Below are positions 1 through 8,797 of a stretch of DNA of 64,000 nucleotides, piece after piece. This DNA is from Gammaproteobacteria bacterium (GTDB taxonomy: Bacteria > Pseudomonadota > Gammaproteobacteria > Pseudomonadales > Halieaceae), in the NCBI GenBank assembly GCA_030427485.1, contig JAUICG010000004.1:122955-186954 (forward strand), in the 5' to 3' direction. The first letter of the stretch is position 1, and every line of letters starts with the position of its first letter. The notes under the pieces were generated by a model. The model did not search any database. It saw only the letters and a program-made list of their open reading frames with translations, and was not told the DNA's origin. The position numbers were made by a program, and so were the translations under genes.

Positions 1-826
1 CTTCCGGCTCCCGTGCTTTACTCAACGAAACCTGCGTTTGTGTGGTTAGATTAGTAACTGGTGTACGTAGTTCATGGGCGATATCTGCGGAGAAGTTGGA
101 CAGTCGCTGGAACACATCGTCCATACGCCCCATCATGTCGTTGAACGACGTAACCAGGTTTAATAAGTCGGTAGGTACACCTTCTGGACTGAGTCTCAGA
201 TTCAGCTTTTCGCTGGTGATATTACTTATTTCTGCACTAATCCTGTTTAGAGGTTGGTGTGCGAACCGAACCGCAAGCCAGGCTGACAAAAGGATCACCA
301 CGCTTGAACAGCCCAAAATAGTCCATAACGTTCTGCGAAATTCTTCAATGAACTGCAGATGAAAGTCCATAGAGGCGGCAACGACAATGGTCATCGGGTC
401 AAGTGATGGAAAAATTTCATTTCGTGCCGCTAACACCACGCCGCGATACGTACTATCGTTCTCTGTCCAACGATACAAATTGTCAGCAGTAGCCTCTTTT
501 ACGAGTGCTGTTTTGGGTAGTAAGGCCGATAATTGTGGGCCAGGGGTGGAAAAGAGTGTGTTCCCATCGCTGTCGAATACAGCATAGTAAACCCCATGAT
601 GACCAGAAACTGCATTCTCCAGTCGTTGCTGCAATTCATCGCCGTCAGTTTTTTCAGGTGCGCCTCGCAGGGCGCGCTGAACAGACGCGGAAATAACACG
701 AAGTTCATCCGCATCCTGTTCAGCGAAATGTCCGCTGATAGAGCTCTGTACAATAAGCCCAAGCATCAGTACGCAAGACAAGAAAGTTGTGCCAACGAAG
801 ATAGTTACCCTGGCGCCAAGAGACAT
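1..826 (-). CDS. cusS: Heavy-metal sensor histidine kinase, N-terminal ~275 codons; gene runs off the left edge
   Basis: Absent from the ORF track because no stop lies in the window. The reverse complement from ATG 826-824 reads MSLGARVTIFVGTTFLSCVLMLGLIV (TM helix). Near the edge it reads ...DDVFQRLSNFSADIAHELRT, a HisKA H-box. It starts ~20 nt downstream of the response-regulator stop. Confidence 0.85.
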   Translation of the reverse strand, partial: MSLGARVTIFVGTTFLSCVLMLGLIVQSSISGHFAEQDADELRVISASVQRALRGAPEKTDGDELQQRLENAVSGHHGVYYAVFDSDGNTLFSTPGPQLSALLPKTALVKEATADNLYRWTENDSTYRGVVLAARNEIFPSLDPMTIVVAASMDFHLQFIEEFRRTLWTILGCSSVVILLSAWLAVRFAHQPLNRISAEISNITSEKLNLRLSPEGVPTDLLNLVTSFNDMMGRMDDVFQRLSNFSADIAHELRTPVTNLTTQTQVSLSKAREPE

Positions 827-845
827 TTGATGCCAGTTATACGAT

Positions 846-1529
846 CTACGTATCATTCATAATATCCAGTTGATAGCCCATCCCGCGAACTGTGTGTATT
901 AGTTTTAGCGAGTAGGGTTCGTCAATTTTGACTCGCAGGCGGCGGATCGCTACGTCAATGACATTGGTATCACTGTCGAAGTTCATATCCCACACCTGAG
1001 AAGCAATGAGCGAGCGAGGTAACACTTCGCCCTTTCGTCTCACCATGAGTTCCAGCAAAGAAAATTCGCGCGTGGTCAGGTTTATTCGAACCCCTGCGCG
1101 GGTGACGCGCCTGCGTGGGAGGTCAAGTACCAGGTCGGCTATCTCTAAATGTTCCGCCATGGCGGATGTTAGGCCCCGACGCAACAGAGTACGAACCCTG
1201 GCCAATAATTCTGCGAATGCGAATGGCTTGACCAGATAATCGTCCGCGCCCAGCTCAAGGCCTTTGACTCTGTCGTCAACGCTGTCACGCGCCGTCAGGA
1301 ACAGGACCGGGGTAGTATTGTCGGCTTCCCTCAAAGATTTGATTATCCGCCAGCCATCGACATCTGGGAGCATTACATCGAGAACAATCAGGTCAAAGGA
1401 CTCTGTCATGGCAAGATGATGCCCATCAAGACCATTACGCGCCAAATCGACGAGGAACCCAGCTTCTGTCAGCCCCGTCCGCAGGTAATCGCCCGTCTTT
1501 ACTTCATCTTCGACAACCAGAAGCCGCAT
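846..1529 (-). CDS. cusR: OmpR-family heavy-metal response regulator (CusR/CopR type)
   Basis: 227-aa ORF. The receiver domain reads MRLLVVEDE...[15 protein letters not shown]...[26 protein letters not shown]. The winged-helix tail reads [30 protein letters not shown]...TVRGMGY, close to E. coli CusR as I remember it. Confidence 0.95.
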   Translation of the reverse strand: MRLLVVEDEVKTGDYLRTGLTEAGFLVDLARNGLDGHHLAMTESFDLIVLDVMLPDVDGWRIIKSLREADNTTPVLFLTARDSVDDRVKGLELGADDYLVKPFAFAELLARVRTLLRRGLTSAMAEHLEIADLVLDLPRRRVTRAGVRINLTTREFSLLELMVRRKGEVLPRSLIASQVWDMNFDSDTNVIDVAIRRLRVKIDEPYSLKLIHTVRGMGYQLDIMNDT

Positions 1530-1634
1530 TTAGATTCTCCTAACGGTGAAAATTCCCAGTTTAATAGTATGAGAGCACCCGAACTGGATTGAGCATGATG
1601 ATTCCTAGATTAGGCTTATGCGCCTGTCCAAAAG

Positions 1635-1661
1635 ATTACATGAAGATTACAGATTTGTAAT
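1635..1661. promoter_or_regulatory. Cop/cus-box-like operator in the cusR-copA divergent intergenic region
   Basis: ATTACAtgaagATTACAgattTGTAAT. Two direct ATTACA units lie 11 nt apart, and the second forms a perfect palindrome ATTACA-N4-TGTAAT (1646-1661). The same geometry recurs at 13586-13612. Confidence 0.55.
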
Positions 1662-1852
1662 TCATGTGTCATCAGCGGGAAAGCACCAGCAGCGTAGTTT
1701 AGACAGCCTATGGGTCAAGGTTGGTGCTCGACAAGTCCCTTTTGTCACAGGGCAGGACGGAAGCACTACTCGCCGCCATTGATGGCGGTCTTGCGTATCA
1801 TCAGGAACAACACTGAATGTTGTTCTAGTGTCCGAGGATAGAGGGAGAAAAC

Positions 1853-4153
1853 ATGAGCGAACCTACTACCGATCTGCACCTCTCGCAGGCCGCGGCCCAT
1901 GATCTCGAGAAGGGGTTCAAACGCGATACACAAGAACTCATCATAGAGGGCGCTGGATGTGCGAGTTGTGTCACCAAGATCGAGGGAGCGATTAAGCAAG
2001 TGCCTGGAGTGACCGGCGCGGAAATGAACTTTGCACAACGGACAGTTTCTGTGAGCGGTGATGCTGACCGGAAAGCATTGGTCAAGGCCATCGAAAAAGC
2101 TGGATACAACGCAAAGCCTATTGCGGCGGGTTCTGACAATGACGCGATGGAAGAGAAAGAGAAAGCTGAATGGGCTTACTACAAGCGTCTGATGCGGGAA
2201 ATGACCATTGCTCTTTTGCTTGGTGTGCCGCTCATGATTTACAGCATTGTCGGCGGGGAGATGACCGTTACCACAAACTCCGAGCGTCTTGTCTGGTTAA
2301 TTGTGGGTCTGTTGACGCTTGGCGTTATGGTGTTTTCCGGAAAACATTTCTATATCGGCGCATGGCAGTCGTTTAAAAATCACTCCGCTAATATGGATAC
2401 GCTAATTGCCCTGGGTACAGGAACCGCATGGTTATACTCCATGGTAGTAGTTTTTGCGCCGGATATAGTGCCGGAAATGGCGCGCCATGTGTATTTCGAA
2501 GCGACCGCCATGATCATAGGGTTGATTGATTTGGGCCTGGCACTGGAGCTCAAAGCCCGTGGCCGGACCTCTCAAGCGATAAAGCGTCTGATCGGCCTAC
2601 AGGCAAAAACTGCGCGTGTTGTTCGTGATGAAAAGGACGTGGACATTGCCATAGAGCAGGTACTGCTCAATGACATCGTACGCGCCAGGCCGGGTGAAAA
2701 GATACCAGTCGATGGTCTGGTGGTAGAAGGCCATACGGCTATAGATGAATCGATGCTTACCGGCGAGCCCATGCCCATAGAGAAGAAAGAGGGTGATGAA
2801 GTTGTTGCGGGAACCTTGAACAAAACCGGTTCTATTTTATTCAAGGCAACACGAGTGGGTAAAGACACCGCGCTGGCGCAGATCATTAATATGGTAAAGC
2901 GCGCGCAGAATTCCAAACCACCGATCGGCCGCCTCGCTGATGTGATCTCAGGGTATTTTGTTCCCGTAGTGATGATAGTTGCAGTGGTTAGTGCGTTGGT
3001 CTGGTTGAACTTCGGTCCTGATCCCGCTGTTGCATTTGCGATCGTCTCAGCAACAACCGTGTTGATAATTGCCTGTCCCTGCGCGCTGGGGCTGGCCACG
3101 CCCATGTCGGTAATGGTGGGTGTGGGGAAAGCCGCCGAGGCTGGAGTCCTCATTCGCAATGGAGAGGCTCTGCAGATGGCGTCCAAAATTACTGCCATGG
3201 TGCTCGACAAGACTGGCACCATTACGCTGGGCTCCCCCAAGGTCACCGATATCGTAATGAACTCGGCGGATAGCGAAGTGACTGTATTGCAGATGGTTGC
3301 GAGCCTGGAATCAGGATCTGAACACCCCTTGGCGCTGGCAATAGTGGAGTCCGCACAGGAACGGGGCTTACAACCGGGAAAGGTCGCCAACTTCAATGCG
3401 ATAGCCGGCCATGGCGTTGAGGCCGATTACGAGGGGAAACGCTTGTTGTTCGGCAACGAAAAACTGATGCGCGAACGGAATATCGAGTGTGAATCATTAG
3501 TGGAGACAGCCCAGGAGTTGGCTACCCAGGCAAAAACGCCTATGTATTTCGCGGTAGATGACCAATTGGAGGCCATCATTGCCGTGGCAGATCCCATAAA
3601 AGAAGACTCCATCGCTGCAATCAAGCGGCTTCAACACAATGGTATACGCGTCATCATGCTCACCGGAGACAACCGCGCGACGGCAAAGGCGGTTGCTGAA
3701 AAGGTTGGTATTACAGAGTATTTCGCGGAAGTATTGCCCCAGGACAAGACAGACAAGATCGTTGAGCTGCAAATGCAGGACGAAATTGTGGGAATGACAG
3801 GCGATGGCATCAACGATGCACCCGCTCTTGCTATGGCAAATGTTGGATTTGCGATTGGGACCGGCACAGACGTGGCCATCGAAAGCGCAGATATTACTTT
3901 GATGCGCGGTTCTCTCCATGGTCTGGCGGACGCAATCGCTGTCAGCAGGGCCACTCTCCGCAACATCAAGCAGAATCTCTTCGGCGCCTTTATTTACAAT
4001 GCCGCTGGGGTGCCTGTTGCGGCGGGTGTGCTGTATCCATTCTTCGGATTGTTGTTGAGCCCAGTCATAGCGGGTGCGGCGATGGCCTTTTCTTCATTGA
4101 CCGTGGTGACCAACGCAAATCGTTTGCGCATGTTCAAGGCGCAAGAGCACTAA
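1853..4153 (+). CDS. copA: Copper-translocating P1B-type ATPase
   Basis: 766 aa. N-terminal HMA domain with GAGCASC. TM CPC motif ([13 protein letters not shown]). DKTGT phosphorylation site. Also TGDN and [19 protein letters not shown] lies upstream. Confidence 0.97.
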   Translation: MSEPTTDLHLSQAAAHDLEKGFKRDTQELIIEGAGCASCVTKIEGAIKQVPGVTGAEMNFAQRTVSVSGDADRKALVKAIEKAGYNAKPIAAGSDNDAMEEKEKAEWAYYKRLMREMTIALLLGVPLMIYSIVGGEMTVTTNSERLVWLIVGLLTLGVMVFSGKHFYIGAWQSFKNHSANMDTLIALGTGTAWLYSMVVVFAPDIVPEMARHVYFEATAMIIGLIDLGLALELKARGRTSQAIKRLIGLQAKTARVVRDEKDVDIAIEQVLLNDIVRARPGEKIPVDGLVVEGHTAIDESMLTGEPMPIEKKEGDEVVAGTLNKTGSILFKATRVGKDTALAQIINMVKRAQNSKPPIGRLADVISGYFVPVVMIVAVVSALVWLNFGPDPAVAFAIVSATTVLIIACPCALGLATPMSVMVGVGKAAEAGVLIRNGEALQMASKITAMVLDKTGTITLGSPKVTDIVMNSADSEVTVLQMVASLESGSEHPLALAIVESAQERGLQPGKVANFNAIAGHGVEADYEGKRLLFGNEKLMRERNIECESLVETAQELATQAKTPMYFAVDDQLEAIIAVADPIKEDSIAAIKRLQHNGIRVIMLTGDNRATAKAVAEKVGITEYFAEVLPQDKTDKIVELQMQDEIVGMTGDGINDAPALAMANVGFAIGTGTDVAIESADITLMRGSLHGLADAIAVSRATLRNIKQNLFGAFIYNAAGVPVAAGVLYPFFGLLLSPVIAGAAMAFSSLTVVTNANRLRMFKAQEH

Positions 4154-4165
4154 GAGGGGGGTCGT

Positions 4166-4519
4166 ATGTTATTGGTCAATATCGCTGGTATTGCACTTAT
4201 CGCACTGATTGTATGGTGGTTTTGGTTATACGAGGCTACGGATGTTGTCTTGAATGACAATGATCTGGTGATTGTTGTTGAAAATGGAACCTATCAACCG
4301 GCGCAAGTAAGGTTGGCCGCCGATCAAGCGACGGAACTACATTTCCTCCGCAAGGATAGCTCCCCGTGTTCCGAAATGGTGTTGCTCCCGGATTTGGAAA
4401 TCAGTGAGAGTCTGCCGATAGATAGGCCCAAATCCATAGCGATACCGCCACTTAAAAAGGGCGAGTACGCCTTTCACTGCCAGATGCAGATGTATCGCGG
4501 CGTACTAAAAGTGGAGTGA
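4166..4519 (+). CDS. Membrane-anchored cupredoxin-like domain protein
   Basis: 117 aa. N-terminal TM helix, then a beta-rich domain ending ...PCSEMVLLPDL...GEYAFHCQMQMYRGVLKVE, a Cys/His/Met pattern typical of cupredoxin_1-type proteins encoded next to copA. Confidence 0.7.
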   Translation: MLLVNIAGIALIALIVWWFWLYEATDVVLNDNDLVIVVENGTYQPAQVRLAADQATELHFLRKDSSPCSEMVLLPDLEISESLPIDRPKSIAIPPLKKGEYAFHCQMQMYRGVLKVE

Positions 4520-4526
4520 GGTATCT

Positions 4527-4814
4527 GTGACTAGTAACAGGACATTCTGGCGTACCCCAAAAGGTTATTCAGCGTTGGTGTTGATTGCCGCGGTGACCTA
4601 CTTTCTATTGATGGAGCACCGCGCCCATCTTTTTTACGCGCTACCCTTTCTGATTCTCTTACTTTGTCCAATGATGCATATATTTATGCATGGAGGCCAT
4701 GGAGAGGCATCACATGGCCAATCAGACGCATCCGATAACGAAGCGTATCGCAAAGGTGTGGAAGATGGTCGTAGGCAGACTCTCGACCAAACGCCTTCCG
4801 AGACGGAGAGATAA
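4527..4814 (+). CDS. DUF2933-like small membrane protein
   Basis: 95 aa with a GTG start. Two TM helices, then LLLCPMMHIFMHGGHGEASHG, the His/Met-rich signature I associate with DUF2933 in metal islands. Confidence 0.65.
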   Translation: MTSNRTFWRTPKGYSALVLIAAVTYFLLMEHRAHLFYALPFLILLLCPMMHIFMHGGHGEASHGQSDASDNEAYRKGVEDGRRQTLDQTPSETER

Positions 4815-4817
4815 TCG

Positions 4818-5483
4818 ATGCACGATGATTCAGCTTATGGTCTGTGGGTACTGGTCGCTCTTAACTCGGCAATATTCATTTTCTTCGCCTTCAGCTTTGT
4901 AAAGCCGACCTCGAAGCAGGACTGGCGAAGCTTGGGCGCTTTCTCAGCGTTTATTGTGGCGCTGTTTACCGAAATGTACGGCTACCCACTCACAATCTAC
5001 TTCTTGTCGGGGTGGTTGGCCGAGCAGTATCCCGGAATTGATTTCCTCGCTCACGACAACGGCCATTTGTTGCACACGCTATTCGGATTTGAGGGCAATG
5101 CCCATTTTGATCCGCTGCACATTGCCAGTAACATTATTATTATTTTGGGTTTCTTCCTACTATCCGCAGCCTGGCGTGTGCTGCATGCGGCCCAAAAGAC
5201 GGGCTCGCTCGCTACCACTGGTTGGTATGCGCGGTGTAGGCACCCTCAGTATGTCGCCTTCATTTTGATTATGTTTGGATTCCTCCTGCAATGGCCTACG
5301 TTACCTACACTTGTGATGTTTCCCGTGCTGGTGGTGGTTTATGTACGCTTGGGTAAACGTGAAGAACAGATGGCTATTGACGAATTTGGAGATGAGTATC
5401 GACACTATATGGAAGCTACGCCGGCGTGGATACCCAAATATGGCCGCATCTCACCAGAAGAGAAAAACCAAAGGCCTAATTAG
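4818..5483 (+). CDS. Isoprenylcysteine carboxyl methyltransferase (ICMT/PEMT) family membrane protein
   Basis: 221 aa, polytopic. Contains the ...GWYARCRHPQYVAFILIMFGFLLQWPT... motif (RHPxY) typical of the ICMT family. It starts 4 nt after the preceding gene. Confidence 0.75.
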   Translation: MHDDSAYGLWVLVALNSAIFIFFAFSFVKPTSKQDWRSLGAFSAFIVALFTEMYGYPLTIYFLSGWLAEQYPGIDFLAHDNGHLLHTLFGFEGNAHFDPLHIASNIIIILGFFLLSAAWRVLHAAQKTGSLATTGWYARCRHPQYVAFILIMFGFLLQWPTLPTLVMFPVLVVVYVRLGKREEQMAIDEFGDEYRHYMEATPAWIPKYGRISPEEKNQRPN

Positions 5484-5522
5484 AAACTGCAATACTGAAC
5501 TCGCACGAAAATATTCAAGGAG

Positions 5523-5888
5523 GTGCAAAATGTGACTCAGACTGAGCATCGACCCGGTGTATCTGAAGTTAACCTTGTGATTCGCCATCTAAAGCTGCGA
5601 GAAGCGAGTGCCGATGCTGTTACAAGAGCTTTGGGCGAAATTGATAACATTCATGGGTTGGATCACGTTTCTTTTGACCACGAATCGCAGGTGTTGAATA
5701 TTGCTTATGATGCCACGAGAACCTGTATTGATTGCATCGAGGAAATACTGGACCGTTATCAGGTACAGGTTAATGATGACTGGTGGACGCGCTTCAAAGA
5801 GGGGTACTACCGATATGTTGACCAAAACGTAAAAGATAATGCAACCCATGAGCCATTTAGCTGCCATAAGGTCCCACCGCACAAATAG
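5523..5888 (+). CDS. Hypothetical protein, possibly an HMA-like ferredoxin fold without CxxC
   Basis: 121-aa ORF with a GTG start. VNLVIRHLKLREASADAVTRALGEIDNIHGLDHVSFDHESQVLNIAYD has the beta-alpha-beta-beta spacing of HMA domains but no metal-binding cysteines. The function call is weak. Confidence 0.45.
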   Translation: MQNVTQTEHRPGVSEVNLVIRHLKLREASADAVTRALGEIDNIHGLDHVSFDHESQVLNIAYDATRTCIDCIEEILDRYQVQVNDDWWTRFKEGYYRYVDQNVKDNATHEPFSCHKVPPHK

Positions 5889-6069
5889 TAACTTGTGCCT
5901 ACTTACGTGGTGCAAAGATCTCTGACACCAGATTATTGGCTGAAGATAGAAAAGCATTTTTGTTTTTGAAAGGGCCCGAGTCGGAAGCTCGATGATAGTG
6001 TGGGTTTTTTGGTCAGCTTTACTGAAAAGTGTGCTGAAAATTCCTGAATATTTGGACGAAGCGCCAGCC

Positions 6070-7383
6070 ATGAAAATACACCAATCAGTTAGAAAGTCAC
6101 GACACTCACTAGTGGGATTCTGCCTGGTACTGCTACTAGGTTCATTTTCAAGGGCAGCAGCCAGCGCCGAGCTGGAGTCTGTATTGACTCTGGCAGAAGC
6201 TCGATCAAATGCATTGTCCAGTAACCCGGGACTGGCAGAAATGCAGGAGCGCTATGAGGCGCTCACGCATATTGCGCCTCAGGTAAGTTCATTGCCAGAC
6301 CCGGTGGTCAGTCTTAACGCGATGAATCTGCCTTGGGATTCGTTTGATGTGAACCAGGAGCCGATGACGCAAATGCAAGTTGGCGTTAGTCAAATGTTCC
6401 CTTTTCCAGGAAAGCTTTCTCTGCGCGAGGATGTCGCAGTTTTTGAAGCCGATGCAGCCCTCCATTCGGTTGCCGAGATGAGACTCAATCTGGATATGAC
6501 TGTCTCTCTAACTTGGTGGGAAATATATTTCCTTGATCGATCACTCGAAACAGTGATCAAGAATAAGTCATTAATACGACAGTTTATAAAGATCGCGAGA
6601 ACCAAATACGAAGTCGGGAACGGATTACAGCAAGATGTGTTGCTAGCGCAGTTGGAATTGTCAAAGTTGCTCGACAGAGAGATTCAGCTTAAGTCTATGA
6701 GAGAGAATCGAGTCATCCGACTCAATGTCCTTATGGATCAGTTGCCCGATCTACCGATGCAACTTCCGACAGTAATGCCTCCATTTTCTGGAACAGTCGC
6801 CAGTGAATCGAACTTATATGAACGGGCGAGATTGGCGCGGCCTCTGCTTATGCAGGAGAAGGCTGTGATCAATGCCTCAGAGTCAAGACTCGCCCTGGCA
6901 GAGAAAGAATACTATCCGGATTTCATGGTGGGAATGGCTTACGGCAAACGAGATGAGGACACTTTTGGTCGCTCGCGAAAAGATTTTCTCTCCGTAATGT
7001 TGAGCATAAATATCCCGCTTTACGCTGGTTCAAAGCAGTCAGAGGCGGTCAAGCAGCGCGCCAGAGAACTCGCAAAGAATCGATATTCACTCGTCGATGC
7101 ACGCAATATGGTGATGTCATCGATTTCCAGCTCAGTGACAGACTATGAGCAGGCTAAAGAGCAGCTGGATCTTTACGGAAATGGAATTTTGCCTCAGGCA
7201 AGGCAAACGGTGGAATCGATGCTCGTGGGTTATCAGGTGAATGAGGTCGACTTCCTGAATTTGGTTGGCAGCCAGATCACCCTGTTGAACTATGAATTAT
7301 TGTACTGGAAAGCTTTCACGGAAATTAACCAGTCGGCGGCCCGGATCAGAGCGGCAGTTGGAGAGGAGAATATTTATGAGTAA
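6070..7383 (+). CDS. cusC: Outer-membrane efflux factor (TolC/CusC family)
   Basis: The ORF-track ORF starts at 5992. The in-frame ATG at 6070 gives MKIHQSVRKSRHSLVGFCLVLLLGSFSRAAAS, a signal peptide. The length and coiled-coil repeats fit OEP-family proteins, and the gene sits directly upstream of cusBA. Confidence 0.85.
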   Translation: MKIHQSVRKSRHSLVGFCLVLLLGSFSRAAASAELESVLTLAEARSNALSSNPGLAEMQERYEALTHIAPQVSSLPDPVVSLNAMNLPWDSFDVNQEPMTQMQVGVSQMFPFPGKLSLREDVAVFEADAALHSVAEMRLNLDMTVSLTWWEIYFLDRSLETVIKNKSLIRQFIKIARTKYEVGNGLQQDVLLAQLELSKLLDREIQLKSMRENRVIRLNVLMDQLPDLPMQLPTVMPPFSGTVASESNLYERARLARPLLMQEKAVINASESRLALAEKEYYPDFMVGMAYGKRDEDTFGRSRKDFLSVMLSINIPLYAGSKQSEAVKQRARELAKNRYSLVDARNMVMSSISSSVTDYEQAKEQLDLYGNGILPQARQTVESMLVGYQVNEVDFLNLVGSQITLLNYELLYWKAFTEINQSAARIRAAVGEENIYE

Positions 7384-8797
7384 GACCATGGCTTTTGTGG
7401 CAGTGGTGGTAAGCCTGTTGATCGGCCTGGGTCTTGGATACAAGTTCATTCCGGCTTTGGATGGTGCAGGTGAGGTCGATGCAACTCTGGAAAGAAAGCC
7501 CCTCTTTTACCGCAACCCAATGAATCCGGAAGTGACGTCACCCGTTCCTGCAAAGGATTCGATGGGTATGGACTACGTTCCGGTATATGCAGATGAAGAC
7601 CAGTCTAAAACAAAGGAAATATTGTTCTATAGAAACGCTATGAATCCGGATGTCACCTCTCCTGTACCTGCTAAGGATTCAATGGGAATGGACTATGTCC
7701 CGGTGTACGCCGAGGATAGCGGTGGAGATGTTGCGGGAACGGTGAAAATTAGCCCTGTTGTACAAAACAATATTGGGTTGCGTACGGCTATTGCCGAGGT
7801 TCGAAATATGTCGAGAACCATTCGCACAATGGGTCGGGTCGACTTCAATGAAGAAAAAGTGTTTCGATTGCATCCGAAGATCGATGGGTGGATTACAAAT
7901 ATACGCGTCGATAAGACTGGGCAGCCGGTCGCTAAGGACCAAACACTTCTAGATTTCTATTCCCCCAAATTGGTATCTACTCAGCAAGAGTACTTGCTCG
8001 CACTTGAAAGCAACGCGGCGTTACAAAGCAGTTCGTTTGAAGATATACGCAGCGGTGCCCAGGAATTGGTAGCCAGCTCCCGGGCGAGACTAAAGTTGTT
8101 GGATGTTCCAGAACATCAGATCAAGGAGCTCGAAGCAACACATATCGTCAAGGAGAGCATGCATCTAAATTCCCCCGCCAGTGGAACCGTAATACGTATC
8201 GGCGCGCGGGAAGGTCAGTATGTTACACCGGGAACCGAACTCTATCAGATTGTCGATTTGAGCACCGTCTGGGTCTATGCGGACGTCTACGAGTATGAGC
8301 TTCCATGGGTCAAAGTAGGCGACGAAGCAGAGATGACTATGAAGAGTTTGCCAGGAAAGGCCCTAAAGGGAACGGTTTCCTATATTTATCCTTACTCGGA
8401 AGCAAATACACGTACGACAAAGGTCCGGTTAGTTTTTCAAAACCCCGATTTGCTGTTGCGTCCTGATGTCTTTACTGAAGTGACGATTAAGGTACAGGAG
8501 AAGTCCGATATGGTTGTTGTTCCAGCGGAGGCTGTGGTCCGATCCGGTGATTACGACCAGATGTTTGTCATGATAGAAGAGGGCACGCTTGAGCCGCGGA
8601 AAGTAACGCTGGGGGTCGAATCTGGTGAGTATGTGGCCGTACTCGATGGTATACAGGCAGGGGAGCGTGTCGTGGTATCCGCCCAGTTCCTGATCGATTC
8701 AGAATCCAAGCTGCGCGAAGCGACATCCAAGATGATGAATCCTGATAAAGGAGAATCTGATTCGCAATCTGAACATGAAGGGGGGCTCACTAAATGA
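7376..8797 (+). CDS. cusB: RND efflux periplasmic adaptor (CusB family) with duplicated N-terminal module
   Basis: The in-frame ATG at 7376 (MSKTMAFVAVVVSLLIGLGL, membrane anchor) overlaps the cusC stop by 8 nt (ATGAGTAA). The barrel-sandwich/HlyD-like body follows. The 5' part of track ORF 7292 is the cusC 3' end read in another frame. Confidence 0.88.
   Translation: MSKTMAFVAVVVSLLIGLGLGYKFIPALDGAGEVDATLERKPLFYRNPMNPEVTSPVPAKDSMGMDYVPVYADEDQSKTKEILFYRNAMNPDVTSPVPAKDSMGMDYVPVYAEDSGGDVAGTVKISPVVQNNIGLRTAIAEVRNMSRTIRTMGRVDFNEEKVFRLHPKIDGWITNIRVDKTGQPVAKDQTLLDFYSPKLVSTQQEYLLALESNAALQSSSFEDIRSGAQELVASSRARLKLLDVPEHQIKELEATHIVKESMHLNSPASGTVIRIGAREGQYVTPGTELYQIVDLSTVWVYADVYEYELPWVKVGDEAEMTMKSLPGKALKGTVSYIYPYSEANTRTTKVRLVFQNPDLLLRPDVFTEVTIKVQEKSDMVVVPAEAVVRSGDYDQMFVMIEEGTLEPRKVTLGVESGEYVAVLDGIQAGERVVVSAQFLIDSESKLREATSKMMNPDKGESDSQSEHEGGLTK
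7502..7711 (+). repeat. Two 30-aa repeat units (7502-7591, 7622-7711; 120-nt period) inside cusB
   Basis: LFYRNPMNPEVTSPVPAKDSMGMDYVPVYA (7502-7591) and LFYRNAMNPDVTSPVPAKDSMGMDYVPVYA (7622-7711). The nucleotide copies have diverged at synonymous sites. Confidence 0.9.

Noticed and set aside
42-862. Plus-strand ORFs 42-362, 387-587, 505-696 and 533-862, and minus ORF 499-762
   Set aside because: All lie inside the better-supported minus-strand sensor-kinase frame (TM helix plus HisKA H-box). Their products have no recognisable features.
2572-3396. 274-aa minus-strand ORF inside copA
   Set aside because: It is antisense to an unambiguous P-type ATPase. The product is low-complexity (S/T/A/P-rich), typical of a shadow frame.
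5992-6069. Upstream extensions of track ORFs (cusC from 5992, cusB from 7292, jetC from 35604, PepSY from 47703, fic1 from 30994, higB from 42696)
   Set aside because: Internal in-frame ATGs give proper signal peptides or TM anchors, overlap-coupled starts, or paralog-consistent N-termini. The extensions overlap the preceding gene or read non-coding DNA.
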